A stretch of DNA of 64,000 bases, taken from the NCBI RefSeq assembly GCF_009914755.1, contig NC_060936.1, one strand, 5' to 3'. The stretch's first letter is position 1. Each line of letters starts with the position of its first letter. The position numbers and the translations under genes are program-made. Of the stretch, positions 34,073-50,560 are shown piece after piece. Below the pieces are notes generated by a model. The model was given only the letters and a program-made list of their open reading frames with translations. It ran no database searches and was not told the DNA's origin. Source of the DNA: the human T2T-CHM13v2.0 reference genome, Homo sapiens.

Positions 34073-34366
34073 GGCCAGGTGTGGTGGCTCATAACTGTAA
34101 TCCCACCATTTTAGGAGGCTGAGGCGGTGGATTGCCTGAGCACAGGAGTTCAAGACCAGCTTGGGCAACATGGCAAAATCCCATCTCTACCAAAAATAGA
34201 AAAAATTAGCAGGGCGTGGTGGTGCACGCCTGTTGTCCTAGCTACTCTGGAGGCTGAACTGAGAGAATCACTTCAGCCCGGGTGGCAGAGGTTGCATTGA
34301 GCCGCGATTGCACTTGTGCACTCCAGCCTGGACAACAGAGCAAGACCCTGTCTCAAAATAAAAAAA
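34073..34366 (+). mobile_element. Alu (AluJb/Sz-like)
   Basis: Full dimer. Absent from the paralogous site at ~21250. Confidence 0.85.
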
Positions 34367-35588
34367 GTTTTAAATTTTAACTTGTATTTCTTAGTACCAT
34401 AATGCTCTATTCTCCTTTATTCAGCAAAAACTCTAATTACAATGGTATCTATGAGAATATGCTGTATCACCCTGAATTTATACGTAGAAATGTACTTATG
34501 TTTTTGCTTTTTTAACATTTTTTTATTGGGGAATATAACATACAGAGAGTAATAAAACCTAAAAACAGTAAGAAAAAATTATAACATTAACATTGATGTT
34601 ACCAAACCTTGGTCAGAAAATAGAATTTGCCAGCAATCCAGATACTCCCAATATACGTCTTCTTGTTGGTATTTCCCTTTTATTTCCTCCCTCCTGATTA
34701 TCCCAATTGTTATGATGATCATTCATATATTTCACTGTAGAGTTTCATCACCAATGTAACAAATTACAATGTATTAAAAATTTTTTTTCCAAACTTTATG
34801 TAAAAGATCATTCTAAATGTATTTTTCCATCTTGATAATTCCTTTCACATCTGTGAGTATTATTATCTATGTAGCTCAAATTTGTTCATTTCCTTTGTTG
34901 TATTATCCTGTTGTAAACATGTCAGTCTTCTTTGTTAATTTTGATCACTGTATAGTATTCCATTGTATAAGTATGCCATAATTTGTTTATCCATTTGGAG
35001 GACTGACAGACATTCCAAGTACTTCTCAACTTTAGCTACTGAAACTCAGTGATACGCATGTGCATGTATATGTATTCGGATAAGAGTGTAAATACTGGGT
35101 TTAGGATGTGATCCTTCATCTTAATCAGATAATGCCATACTCAGCCAAAATGATGGTACAGATTTATCATCCTAGGAGTAGAATATGAAAATTCCCATTG
35201 TTTCATATCCTTTCCAAAATAAGTAACGTAAGAGTAATATTTACAGTTTTGTATTTATAAAACATATTATTAAACAATAGTTTCCAAGTTCTTTCCTATT
35301 CTAATTTAGAATGTATTTTTACTTCAATAAATTTCATTCTATGATAGTTATTTCATATACATTTATTAATAATGCCTTATATATTATACATATTTATTTA
35401 TATTTCATTATAAATTTGTCTAACCTTTTTTTCTTCAAGTTTCAAATACTCTTTTCTTATAAGCAAGTGTAATTATACTGGAGATATTTCCTTTAATCAA
35501 TCATTATGCCAAAGGACTTTGAAAAAATATAATTGTTAACAGCACTGTAAGGGAAATTTCAGGATTGTTTAACAACTCCTAAAAGGAC

Positions 35589-35705
35589 TCAAAGACAAAA
35601 ATGTTGAAATATAAAAATAGACAACAAGCTTAATGTAGGTGTCCATGGGAAAAATAAATATATCATTGCTGTTATTGAAAAAATGAATGGTAGTAAATTT
35701 ATCAT
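35589..35705 (-). pseudogene. Ghost TAS2R stub 3 (38-codon sORF)
   Basis: cagacATG context. Translates MINLLPFIFSITAMIYLFFPWTPTLSLLSIFIFQHFCL* and ends at the TGA homologous to that of stub 1. Confidence 0.75.
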
Positions 35706-36620
35706 GTCTGAATGTTTTAAAAAGTAGGCCTAATATCACTGGTCAAGATTCCCTTTAAGGTCCTGACCTTAACTTCTATGTGTAACTGATTCCTGAATGT
35801 GCAGTAATGTTCTTGTTCCTTTTAAATTCTGTGACCAACGTCAAACAGGAAATCATCTCAATATGCTAATGGATGAAATCAATGCTGTCTTTATGGAAAA
35901 CATGATAATTTCCAAAACAGCTCAAATTAACTCCTATTCAAACACAACATCCTTGCTGTAAGGTAAAATTTTCCATATTGATGTTGAAGTGAAAGCTGAA
36001 TTCTCATATACTAGCATGCCAAGGAAGAGTTTTTTAATTGTTCTGCAATTTTTTCCTTGTTTCACCTCTCCATAATTTGTTTTCAGCAACTTCAGTTGTT
36101 AGAGATATTTTACAACCCAATACATATATGACACATTGGTTGTATAGCCTGGTGAATGGAGCTTGAGGATAGCTAGGATCATCACCAAAGTAGATTTATT
36201 TTTTTTCAATGCCAGTAATATGTAGAGTGAATCCCAACTTTTCCTACCAAAAGCATTCAAGGTTTTCTTAGGAACCTCAAAAAGGCCAATAGTCCTTAAA
36301 ACCTGGTTGCTACTAAGTAATACTTTTGTATAACTTATTGTTAACAAGCTCATTAATACAAACACACTCACACACATACACACATACTCACCCCTCATGA
36401 ATAGGAGGAATTATTGTCCTATAATTTCCAAAATGGAAAATTAATTTTAGGGAGATCATCCAGGTGGAAATAGCCCTATTTTCCCATTTGGGCTTTTTGA
36501 CCCATTTTCAATATTTATCAAACTTACCACTCATGCTTGGGCCTTTCACTAAGTTATTCTCTTGAGTCTAGTTAATACTTAAATATTTATTGTTTAATTA
36601 AAATGCTCAGCAATTGTGTA
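35706..36620 (-). promoter_or_regulatory. Paralogue of the TAS2R30 upstream region (ghost 3)
   Basis: Closely similar to 963-1870 and collinear with 29640-30530. Confidence 0.6.
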
Positions 36621-37074
36621 ACTATTGGGGGTCACTTGAAAAACACGTTTTCCATTGAAGAGTCTAGACTTCTTTCTATATGAATATTTGGTTTTGTTTT
36701 CCTCTGCTTAATTTATTTTTGATTACTTAATGGTTTAAGATGAATAGATGTTAAAATCAGTCTCCAATCTTGGATTTTATTTATTTTTCATTTTTACAGT
36801 ATAATTGTTTCTAAGAGAGGATTTTGGAGTCAGACTGCCAAGACAGGAAACCAGATTTTCTGCTTCATATAGGTATGCTCCAGACAGACCTCATTTTACA
36901 ACTACTCTCTGCCTTGGTATAATCATCTGTAAAATACAGATGATAATAATATTCTCTTTGGATAGTCTTTCTGAGGAGTTAATATACTATTTGTATAACT
37001 GCTTTCAATTTTACCTTCTGGTACAGGCAGGAATCAAGGATTATTAATTTTTCATATGATCATGTGTTACTTGA

Positions 37075-37408
<334 letters not shown>

Positions 37409-37934
37409 GAGAACCTCCATTTTTGAGCAGAACACACAAGGTTAAGAAAGGCATGACATCCGTCTCCAACAACTAGGATAAAAGAAACAAAAGGCCAAAA
37501 TTATATTTTCAATTCATCACAGAGTTGTACAAGCAACGATGACCAGCTGAACTGAAATTCAGCACAAGGAGAGTCTTTATAGGTGAAAAGTCAACTTATA
37601 TATATTCAGTGCAATCCCTACCAAATCCCAGAAGACTTTTTTCACAGAAATTGGAAAACCACTCCTAAAATATATCTGGAAATGCCAAGTGACAAGATCA
37701 CAAAAAGAAATTGTTAAAAAATAAGAAATTTGGAGGATTATACTTTCTGATTTCAAAGCTTACTTCAAAGCTGCCCTAATCAGGATTCTATAGAACTCAC
37801 ATTACAGTAGACAAAAAGAACAATGAAACACAACTGAGAGTCCAGAAACTAACACCAACATTCATGGTCAATTGCTTTCAAAAAAAGGTACTATTGCAAT
37901 TCGAAAGGAATTAATCGTTTTTCTCAACAAACAA

Positions 37935-39170
37935 TGCCAGGTAAAATTGAAGAAGACTACCTCAAGGAATTTAATAATCAATTTCCCTAAGGTCAAGGAT
38001 AAAGAAAGGATTCTAAAGCAGCAAAAGAAAAGAAACAAATAATGTACAATGGAGCTCCACTACATCTGGCAGCAGACTTCTCAGTGGAAAAAGGCCAGGA
38101 GACAGTGGCATGACATATTAGAAGTGCTGAAGGAAAAAACTTTTAGCCCAGAATAGTGTTACTGGAGAAAATATTCTTCAAACATGAAAGAGAAAGACTT
38201 TTCCAAACCAACAAAAGCTGAGGGATTTCATAAACACCAGATCTGTCCTATAAGAAATGTTAAAGGGATTACTTCAATCAGAAAGAAAAGGGCATTAATG
38301 AGCAATATGTAATCACCTAAAGCTATAAAACTCACTGGTAATAGTAAGGAGACAGAAAAACACAGACTAGTATAACACTGTAAATGTGGTGTGTAAACCT
38401 CGCTAAAGTACAAAAATTAAATCATGAACTGACAAAAAAAAATAGTTCCCACAACCTTTGAAGATATAGACAGCACAATGATATATAAATAGTGACACAA
38501 AAAGTTAAAAACTGAGAAGATGGTGTTAAGGTGTAGAGTCTTCATTTGTTTAGTGTTTGTGCTTGTTTGTTTGCTTATGCAAACAGTGCTAAGTTGCTAT
38601 CAGCTTGAAATAATGGGTTACAAGATAGTATTTGCAAGCCTCATAGTAATCGCAAATCAAAAAACATAATACAATGGATACACACAAAAAAATAAAAAGC
38701 AAGAAACTATATCATATCACCAGAGAAAATAACCTTCACTAAAGAAAGATAGGAAGGAAAGAAAGAAGAGCAGACCACAACATAACCAGAAAACAGATAA
38801 CAAAATGGCAGAAGTAAGTCCTTACTACCAATAATAACATTGAATGTAAATGGACTAAACTCTCCAATCAAAAGGCATAGTCTAGCTAATCAGTTGCCTA
38901 TAAGAAACACAATTCGCCTATACAGACATGCACAGATAGAAAATAAAGGGATGGAAAAAGACACTCCATGGCAATGGAAGCCAAAAAAAGAGGAATAGCT
39001 ATACTAATATTAGACAAAATAGATTTCAAGACAAAAACTATGAAGTGACAAAGAAGGTCAACATATGGAAAGGATATAACAATTGTAAATATATATGCAC
39101 TCAACACTGGAGCTCCCAGGTATATAAGTCAAATATGATTAGAGCAAATACTGTAATAGATGGAGATGAC
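37935..39170 (+). mobile_element. L1MA fragment, paralogue of 3180-3720 plus 10024-10820 without the L1PA
   Basis: Direct similarity to both flanks of the L1PA, so it shows the empty site at ~38440. Confidence 0.8.
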
Positions 39171-39174
39171 AACT

Positions 39175-40420
39175 TATTAGCAAGTCTACTGGCTCCAGGC
39201 TGGTACTGGGAGTTGTCTGCACAGAGTCCTGTGATGTGAACAATTTATGGGACTCTCAGCCTTGGACACCAGTGCATGTTCCAGTTGAGGTGATGGAGGG
39301 TGCAATGGACTCCACGGGGGTCCTTAGCTTTGGTGGTTTAATGCTCTATTTTTGTGCTGGTTGGCCTCCTACCAGGAGGTGGTGCTTTCCAGAAAGCATC
39401 AGCTGTAGTAGTGTGGTGAGGGACTGGCAGTGGGTGTGGCCCTAGATCTCCCAGAATTATATACCCTTTGTCTTCCACTACCAGGGTGGATAGGGAAGGA
39501 CCATCAGGTGGGGGCAGGGCTAGGTATGTCTGAGCTCAGACTCTCCTGTGGGTCTTGCTGTGGCTGCTGTGGGGGATGGGGATGAGATTCCCAGGTCACT
39601 GGAGTTGGGTACCTAGGAGGATTATGGCTGCCTCTGCTGAGTCTTGCAGGTTGTCAGGAAAGTGGGGGAAAGGCAACAGTCACAGGTCTCACCCAGCAAC
39701 CATGCAAACTGAAGGGCTGGTCTCACTCCCACCATGCCCCTCCCAGCCGACAGCACCGATTCTATTTCCAGGCAGAGGGCAAAATGGGCTTGAAAACTTG
39801 CCCAAGGCTATCTGCCTCCCAGCCATGAGAGAAAAGGGCTTTAGTTCTTCCCCAGCCTGTGAAGTCTGCATGCCCGATTCACATCCTCCCCCGAGTTCTG
39901 GCCAGGAGGCTTCTTGACCAGTTCAAATTGTTATAAAGTTCAGCTAGAGATTTCTTCTGCCTGGGGGGTTTTACCCCCTGCTCCTCTGGCCACCCTCCTG
40001 ATGGAGTACTATGGTGCCAGGCAGGAATCGGCTGTTTGGGGACCCAGTGAGCTCCCAGGGCCTTCTGCCCTGCTTCCTCTACCCCTGCATTTCACTCAGC
40101 TCTCTAACTTAACTCAGCTCAAGGTAAAGCCAGAAACTTCTCCTGCAAACAGACCTTCAGTTCTCCAGTGGTGGTGTGTGTTCAGAAGAGGAGGGTCTCC
40201 CTTTCCTACTCCTGCAGTTGGGGAAGTCACTGTATTTGGGTGTCTCCTGGGTCCTGCAGGAGCACTCTGCTTCCTTCAGAGGATCTGTGGGTCCTCTTGG
40301 GATTACTGGTTTGTTCTTGCAGTGGATTTGTAGCTAAAATTCACAATACAAGCATCCACATGCTGGTCTGTCTAGAGCTGCAATCTAGTCCTGCCTCACA
40401 TCCATCTGCCACAATCCCCT
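39175..40420 (-). mobile_element. L1 5'UTR region (L1PB/L1PBa-like), antisense
   Basis: GC-richer tract ctccaggctggtactggg...gagctgcaatctagtcctgcctc, typical of the reverse complement of older primate L1 5' ends. Confidence 0.6.
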
Positions 40421-40472
40421 GAATCTCTGCAGTGTTTATTGTTCCATCCAAACCTACACATGTGCCTATACT

Positions 40473-40790
40473 TTTTTTGTTTTGTTTTTTGTTTTTGGTT
40501 TTCTTTGAAACGGAGTCTCGCCCCATTGCCCAGGTTGGAATACAGTGGCGCGATCTCGGGTCACTGCAACCTCTGCCTCTCAGGTTCAAGTGATTCTCCC
40601 TGCCTCAGCCTCCTGAGTGTCTGGGATTACAGATACATAACACCATGCATGGCTAATTTTTGTATTTTTAGTAGAGATGGGATTTCACCATGTTGGCTAG
40701 GATGGTCTGAAACTCCTGACCTCAAATAATCTATCCTCCTTGGCCTCCCAAAGTGCTAGGATTACAGGTGTGAGCCACCATACCCAGTCT
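40473..40790 (-). mobile_element. AluS
   Basis: T-rich tail followed by cggagtctcgc...gtgagccaccataccc. Confidence 0.85.
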
Positions 40791-42496
40791 ACATGTTCTA
40801 AAAAATGAAATTGTTCCTCACTGATACATAATCCCTCAATATTAGAATTTCTCAAATTAAATTCCTGAAAATGTTAGAATTAAAAGGTATTTTCTAAAAC
40901 AGAAAAGGATTTCACAGAAAAGGAAATTTGGGAAACTCCACATAGAGCACTTCCTTTTACATACTAACAGAGTATACAGAAAGCTTATGATTTAAAAACA
41001 AACAAAAAGGTTAAAGTCGCTTAAGCCAGCATTGCCTAAAATATTTAAAAATTAAGAACATTTTTTTGTAACAACTATGAATATTCTGCTGAACTCTGAG
41101 AAATTCTGCTCTATATCTCTTTTAATGACAAATGTGTATTCTGCTATAATGAAGCATTATAATGTTTTTAAGCATAAAAAATGTTAAGGCTTTTATCTTA
41201 ATGTTAACAAACTATACATAGCTCTATAACTGTTTTTGCATATCTGTAATCATTTTATGATTATTTTTAGAAACGTTTCAGAAATATGTAGTTATACATG
41301 CATATCAAAAAGTATGTGTACATAGATACATAGATATAAAGTGTATGTATTTTTATGCTAAATTCGCTTTGACTATATCCTACTATATGCTTCTACCAGT
41401 AGTGAAAGAGATTTTTCATGTTTCTGAGCTTTTTACTATCTGGATACCTTTTTAGTATTTTTATAATATATTTTACCAACAGATGTTCCTCATTCTGTGC
41501 GTCTTTACACATTTTTTTTCTTTCAGTCTTTTTCTAGTATTCATTCTGCTTTATTCTTCTAGGTAGTTTTTTTTACTGAATCTAAAGTGTTTCCCAGGCC
41601 CTTAGCATAATAAACTACTCTAAATGAGAAAAAAAATGGCAATATTTGCCTTAACATCTTACATGTATACCTGAATTTGGCAAGAATTGATGTCATCACA
41701 ACAATGAGAATGTCATCTAAGAACATGATTTTTTTATTAGGTAAAATGAGTATTTTTAATTTCATCCATATATTCCTAGTTTTAATACTCTTTCTGTATT
41801 CATTATCAAATGCCTAGATGTATAATTAGACTAGAGTCAGACAGCTAACTTAGCTGGATTAATTAACAGATCTTTCCAAGGAATTTAAAACTTATCAAAC
41901 TTTTCCTTTATGTTTTGTGGTTTTTGTATCTTTCAGATAAAATCCTCACCTACCCTGAATTTATAAAATAATTTACATTTTTCTTAGCTTTAAATTTTGT
42001 TCTTAATGTTTAGATCTTAGTCCTTTTGGACTATTTTTTGTGATACAAGTTACACATTGATTTTCCTCCTTATGAAAAGTCCATTATCCAAACAATTTAC
42101 TGCAAAAAACACATCTTATCTACTAATTTCTAATGATAATCTTATTGTAAGACAAATTACATGTGCACAAAAAGTAAATTACCTAAATATATTCTGCCTT
42201 ACTATTCCCTTTTGTTGTCTATTGCATCCTTCTGTGCCAAAATTCTTTCAATTTTCATCATTACACTATAATAAATCTTGATACCCAGTAAAGAACTTAC
42301 CTTCTTCTTTTTCCAAGTTTTCTTGCCTATCTCCGAACTGTTAATTTTCTATATGTATTTTTCAAGTCATTTTTCACAATTTCCGCAAAACTTTAATAAG
42401 ACTTTGCCACAACTTGCATTGACTATATTAATCTAGAAAGAAATTATATTTTATAATACTCAGTTTATCTATGAACATGATACATCTCTTCATGTA

Positions 42497-42785
42497 TTGT
42501 TTTTGAAACAATGTCTCACTCCAGTTGCCCAGGCTGGAGTGCAGTGGCGCGATCTCGGCTCACTGCAGCATCAGCCTCCCAAGATCAGATCCTCCCACCT
42601 CAGCTTACTGAGTAGCTGTGACTACAGGTGTGTGCCACCACACACCGCTAATTTTTGTATTTTTAGTAGAGACACGGTTTCACCAGGTTTCCCAGGCTGG
42701 TCTTGAGCCCCTGGACTCAAGGAATCCACCTGCCTGGGCCTCCCAACATGCTGGGATTACAGACATGAGCCATGACACCTGGCCA
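42497..42785 (-). mobile_element. Alu (J/S)
   Basis: gcccaggctggagtgcagtggcgcgatctcggctcac...cctggcc. Confidence 0.85.
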
Positions 42786-43086
42786 AAGAATTTTTTAAAT
42801 TTACATATTGTAATTTACTGTTGGCAATAGATACACTGTTTTTTGGTAAATCGATGTTATATGAAGAACCTTGTTATCTTTTCTTATGCTAATAGTACCT
42901 GTTGATTCTTTAGGAGTGTTCATTTAAGCAGTGACATCATCACATCATTATATTGTAAATTTGTCTATCTCATTCCAGTTCCTAGATGAGTTTATATTGC
43001 TTGTCCTATTACATTAGCTAAAAGTGCTAGAACAATGTTGAGTTCTACAGATGTTAAAGAGCATTTTTGCCTTATTTAAGATATCA

Positions 43087-46129
<3,043 letters not shown>

Positions 46130-46299
46130 AAGATATCAGTGAAAATATTTTTGTATTGATCCTCTATACCAGACTCCATTATATATTGCCCAGAAACACT
46201 TTCTATAGGTTTCATTGGTTTGTTTTGTTTTTTGCCAACTGTGTTCTTAAAGATGTCAGAGAGGTGGTTTCTCTTTTGAGGAGTCTCACTGAGCTGTGA

Positions 46300-46990
46300 C
46301 AGGCCTTTGAAACTGGAGTCATATCATTCTGATACTCTGCCTCTTGCTGGGCTGGCTGGACCCTGCTTGAAGCTGCTCCAAGGAGATGAGTGCAGCCTGA
46401 CTGCATTTCCCCTCAGTCATTAAGCCTGATACTACCCACCTCTCTTTTCCTGTCTTGGGATTTACCTGCAGCAGCTGAAGTGTGAGAACCTGCAAGAGTC
46501 TGTCAACATCCACACAAATGCACACGAAGTTGCAGGCTGCTGGCCAAAAACAGACTGCTGGTCATCCTTGCTTTTTTTTTTTTCAATGTGCCCTGCTTAT
46601 GCCATAAGTGCTGTTGCTGCTCTCTCGGGATCTTGCTACACCAGGGGCTGGTTAGAGAGGCTAGAAAATATAGTTGAGAAATACACAGAGGGGACACCCT
46701 GAAAACTCTGACCAATGAAAGATGAGAGCCAATATATACATTCTTTTTATTTCTTCCCTTGGATAGAGACAGAAATTTCACAGACTCCTTTTAAACACAT
46801 ACGAAGAAATCAACTGTGATTATGAAGTGACAGCCAGCTAAATATGTCTTGTATTTTCTCTCTTCCTTTTTTTGCCTAACTCATCCTTTACTTCCATTCC
46901 TGCTTCCATGGTAATGCAGGCTCAAATAAATTACTAGGATACAAGATTACTTCAAGCCTCTTTTCTGTGGAACTCATAATATGATAAGCA
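46300..46990 (+). mobile_element. LTR16-like ERVL LTR
   Basis: aactctgaccaatgaaagatgagagcc...caaataaattact...cttcaagcctcttttctgtggaactc. Confidence 0.5.
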
Positions 46991-47374
46991 TTTGTTACAA
47001 GATTGCCTGTAGTTGTTTAGGGGACAAATTATATTAGGGAAAGAAAGTCTTTCTTTAGTTGGTTAAATTTTCTATTATAATTGGGTACTAAATTTATTTA
47101 AAGAGTGTGTCCACAACTATTTTATAAACATATTATTTCCCTCTTAAATCTATTAGTGAGTTGATTATCATAATATATTACCATGGGTTAAACCATCTTC
47201 ACATTTCTGGAATCAGCATTTCTTTGGTATGTCATATTTTTTTTTCATGATGGTAGCCAGATCTAAAATTTTATAATATAGCAATAATACATAGGTATTA
47301 TTTTTACAGTCGGGTGTTTAGATTTTTAAATAACTTAATGTTTTTCTTTATTTTTCTTTTTCCATTTTCTTTCT

Positions 47375-47572
47375 TCTTTTTTTAATTATTATTATACTTT
47401 AAGTTTTAGGGTACATGTGCACAACGTACAGGTTTGTTACATATGTATACATGTGCCATGTTGGTGTGCAGCACCCATTAACTCGTCATTTAGCATTAGG
47501 TATATCTCCTAATGCTATCCCTTCCCCCTCCCCCCTCCCCCCACCCCACAACAGGCCCCGGTGTGTGATGTT
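47375..47572 (-). mobile_element. 5'-truncated L1PA 3' end (~200 bp)
   Basis: attatactttaagttttagggtacatgtgcac...ccccggtgtgtgatgtt. Confidence 0.85.
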
Positions 47573-47959
47573 TATTATAAACAAAATTTTAAATATAACC
47601 TACAACTCTTTTGGAAAAGATAATTTGTGAGATAGTATAATACAAGAAAATTTCTTTCATTATTTTTGACATATGCAAGAGTATTTCTTTACAAGAAAAT
47701 TTTGATAATCTATACTTTTTAGAAAATTGCACATTAGAATTTTTTATTTTTATCACAAAACTGTTTTAATATTTTTATAGAAGAAAATTTCTCTTCTCTC
47801 AAGATCAATTTATTTTTGTTTTATCACTTATCTGTACTATATTTTAGTTTTAACTATTCTCCACTTTTATGTTTATTGACATCTATGGTTAAGAAAGTTC
47901 AGCTTGGGAGATGACAGTAGATTGGATTTTTAGCCCCAATTATTTATTCCCTTTAATAG

Positions 47960-48230
47960 TATTACTCACAGCCTTTGCATGTAACTTTGCTGTGCTCTCC
48001 CACTGTGGGCAAAGTATAATTTCCATGCCCATTAATGTTGTACTTGTCTGTGAATTGCTTTAGAATATTAGCACAATGTATATGAGCAGAGATCTTAAAA
48101 ATGCATTATCAGTTTGTCTGGGCCTTCTTGTATTTTGATGATCACCATGAGAATAGCCACAGCTACACTTCAAGTACAGCTGCCCCTTCTGCCTGAGACT
48201 CAGAATGAGACTGTTGATCATGACAGAATC
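47960..48230 (+). mobile_element. MLT1-type MaLR LTR fragment
   Basis: cctttgcatgtaactttgc...ctcccact...caccatgagaatagcc. Confidence 0.5.
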
Positions 48231-48289
48231 AAATTCCAAGTCTAGGTAGGAGTTGTCTGGTATTAGTTGTCTCATATAATTAGATTTAA

Positions 48290-49190
48290 GGGTATTCATG
48301 ACCCTGTTTCCAACGGTAAAGGAGACACTGGCAATCCCTGGCATGCGGTGACACAACAGTTATTTAAATTATTGTCCATAGATGATCACTTACAAAATAA
48401 CTTATAATCAAGTTCCTATAGAAGGCAAGACATTGAGTGAGGCTGCCATAGAACATTTTAGTGAACATAAGTAGAATAGGGTTCGTTGCTGACTTATAAG
48501 TGTGCTAGAAAACTTGGAGAAAGAAAAATTATGAACTTAAGGCTCTGAATTACTAGCTTCGGATTATGTAAACTAACATAACATTCCTACGACTGTCTTC
48601 AAAAAAGTCCTTATCTCCTATAGCAGAAGTACTAAAATTTCTGAAAAGCAAACTCAAATCAATTTCTGCAATAAATAAATCATCTTGAAAATTGTATTTA
48701 CAACTTCACAACTTCCTGTGTTAAAGTCAGGAAATTTGCTAAAAAAGAAATAGGAACTTAAAAACTGGGGTGGGCCTGTAATGGCAGATCCCAAAGAATC
48801 TGGAGGATCTTGAACCCCTAAATTCTGCTGGTGCACCGTTGCCAGGAGATGCACTCTTCCTCCCCTCGCTGAGAAGGTTAGTCTTCCTTCCCTTGCCTTA
48901 AAAACCTGTAATGAGTTACCTTGAGCTGTTTGGCTTACAGAGGAATGCTGATACCCCTCTATATATATCCCTGCCTCCTCTTATGTTTAAATATATGATA
49001 ACACTCAATTCCCAGCAGGCCCCAAATGACAAGATACAAAATGTGACACAGGACAAAGTAAAATTCAGACCAAAAGACTTGTAAGATTTTGTGAATTTTA
49101 TACCAACACACACCTGAGATATATGAGTAGAAATGGATCTTATGAATGGGTAGATATAACAATATAATACATATAATGTGAATTATGATA
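48290..49190 (+). mobile_element. ERVL internal (gag region) fragment
   Basis: tgttaaagtcaggaaatttg...gaacccctaaattctg...gaaatggatctta resembles ERVL-int. Confidence 0.6.
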
Positions 49191-49204
49191 AATATTATGA
49201 GCTC

Positions 49205-49548
49205 ACTAACAGATATTACCCCCAAAAAAATGGCAAACAAGAGAGCGAAACAAGTGGTTTGTGTCCAGAGCAAAATAGTGGAATGTTTTTTCTACTTTAA
49301 TATTGAAATAAAGAAGTAATATTTAAAAATAGTATAAAATATTTTTGAGTTTTGAAAAATAGTATATAGTATTCAACATACTCAATACTGGAGACAAATT
49401 TGTTAGAATAAAGTCACTCAAATAAATCTTATGATACATCAGCCAACTTTGGCAGTTTATGGATACAATCAAACAATTCCAAAATGTTTTTTATCAATAA
49501 TTCTTTTAATTCTCCCATCAGTAGCATATACTCCAATTCAACTGAAAT
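49205..49548 (-). pseudogene. Highly degenerate TAS2R relic (TM1-TM3 fragment)
   Basis: The minus-strand frame from 49478 reads NCLIVSINCQSWLMYHKIYLSDFILTNL and aligns without gaps to TAS2R18P NGLIGLVNCIEWAKSWKVSSADFILTSL (13/28 identical). Upstream, in another frame, it reads (I)SVELEYMLLMGEL..IL. Downstream LLWTQTTCFALLFAIFLGV resembles TM3. Confidence 0.75.
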
Positions 49549-49570
49549 ACATTAAAAGAGAATCAAGTAT

Positions 49571-50267
49571 TGTAAGAAGCCAAGAGAAAGTTTTCATCTG
49601 CTCTGAGGGTTCATTGAAAATAAACTGACAATAGATAAATAAGAGAAAACACAAGTTTTTATTAATGTGCATATATAAATGACAGCCATATACCAAGTAT
49701 GAGACCCAAAGCAGGGGCCAGACAATTGACTCTTAAGTATACTCTTAATTGGGGAGAGGAAAGCAAGGGATGTAAGAATAAATGATTTCCAGAGGAAATG
49801 CATAATCTAAAGAGCAATGGCCTAGGACAAATTTCCTCTGAGCTCTACGGGAGGTGGAGGGAAGGTTAGGGCCAGAACTTCACTGTGAACAAAGGTTGTC
49901 TTATTATGCAGATAAAGTCACCCAGGGAATCTCTTGGAGCTGCCTTCAAAAGAACAACTGAAAAGTCTGTCTAGGCATGTTGACAACTCCAAGTATCTTA
50001 TCCAGTGGTTATCTGATCCAGTATCTTATCCTGGTCATTTGATGAGATTCCTAGACAAGGAGTCTTTTAAAAATTGCATTTCTTCTGGAAAGAAATTTTC
50101 TTAATCAGATAAGGAAATTCCAGAGAGAATTCCCTCTGGTGCTTCAGGAAAGAGGATCAGAGACACAGACAGAAGGGAAAACTTCAGACAGAGAATTTGA
50201 GGCTTCCTGTTTAGTCCAGCATGTCAAAGAGCGATATATTTTCAGTATCATTTTCTGAGCCCCAATA
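49571..50267 (-). mobile_element. ERV1 (MER4-group; MER31/34/67-like) solo LTR
   Basis: TG...(C/T)A termini, end ttttctgagccccaata, 4-bp TSD gtat at 49567-49570 and 50268-50271. Confidence 0.7.
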
Positions 50268-50271
50268 GTAT

Positions 50272-50560
50272 ACAGTTGTAGTTAGTTTCATGGTGCCATA
50301 TTTCTTGCAGTGTGTCACATCTTCCGCTTAATTGTAGAGTTTTAATAGAAAAATCCTTCATACATGTGGGCACAAATTTTATATTAACATAAAAACATTT
50401 TCGTTCCTATCAAACAGTTCTGCCAATCCCAGGCAGTAACACTCGATCTGTAATTTTGATTGAAGGGCTGGATTCAACTTTGATTACATGCAAATAGGAG
50501 AAAAAGTAACTTGCACTGATTTGCAATTTTCATTCTGCCCTAAAGCTTGGGTCACTTGGA
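50272..50560 (-). promoter_or_regulatory. Orphan TAS2R-type upstream region belonging to the relic
   Basis: ttcctatcaaaca...ttgaagggctggattc...catgcaaatagg...tttgcaattttcat resembles 22533-22660 and 55360-55410. Confidence 0.45.

Noticed and set aside
39236-40422. GC-richer ORF-dense tract suggesting exons or a promoter
   Set aside because: Best explained as an antisense L1 5'UTR.
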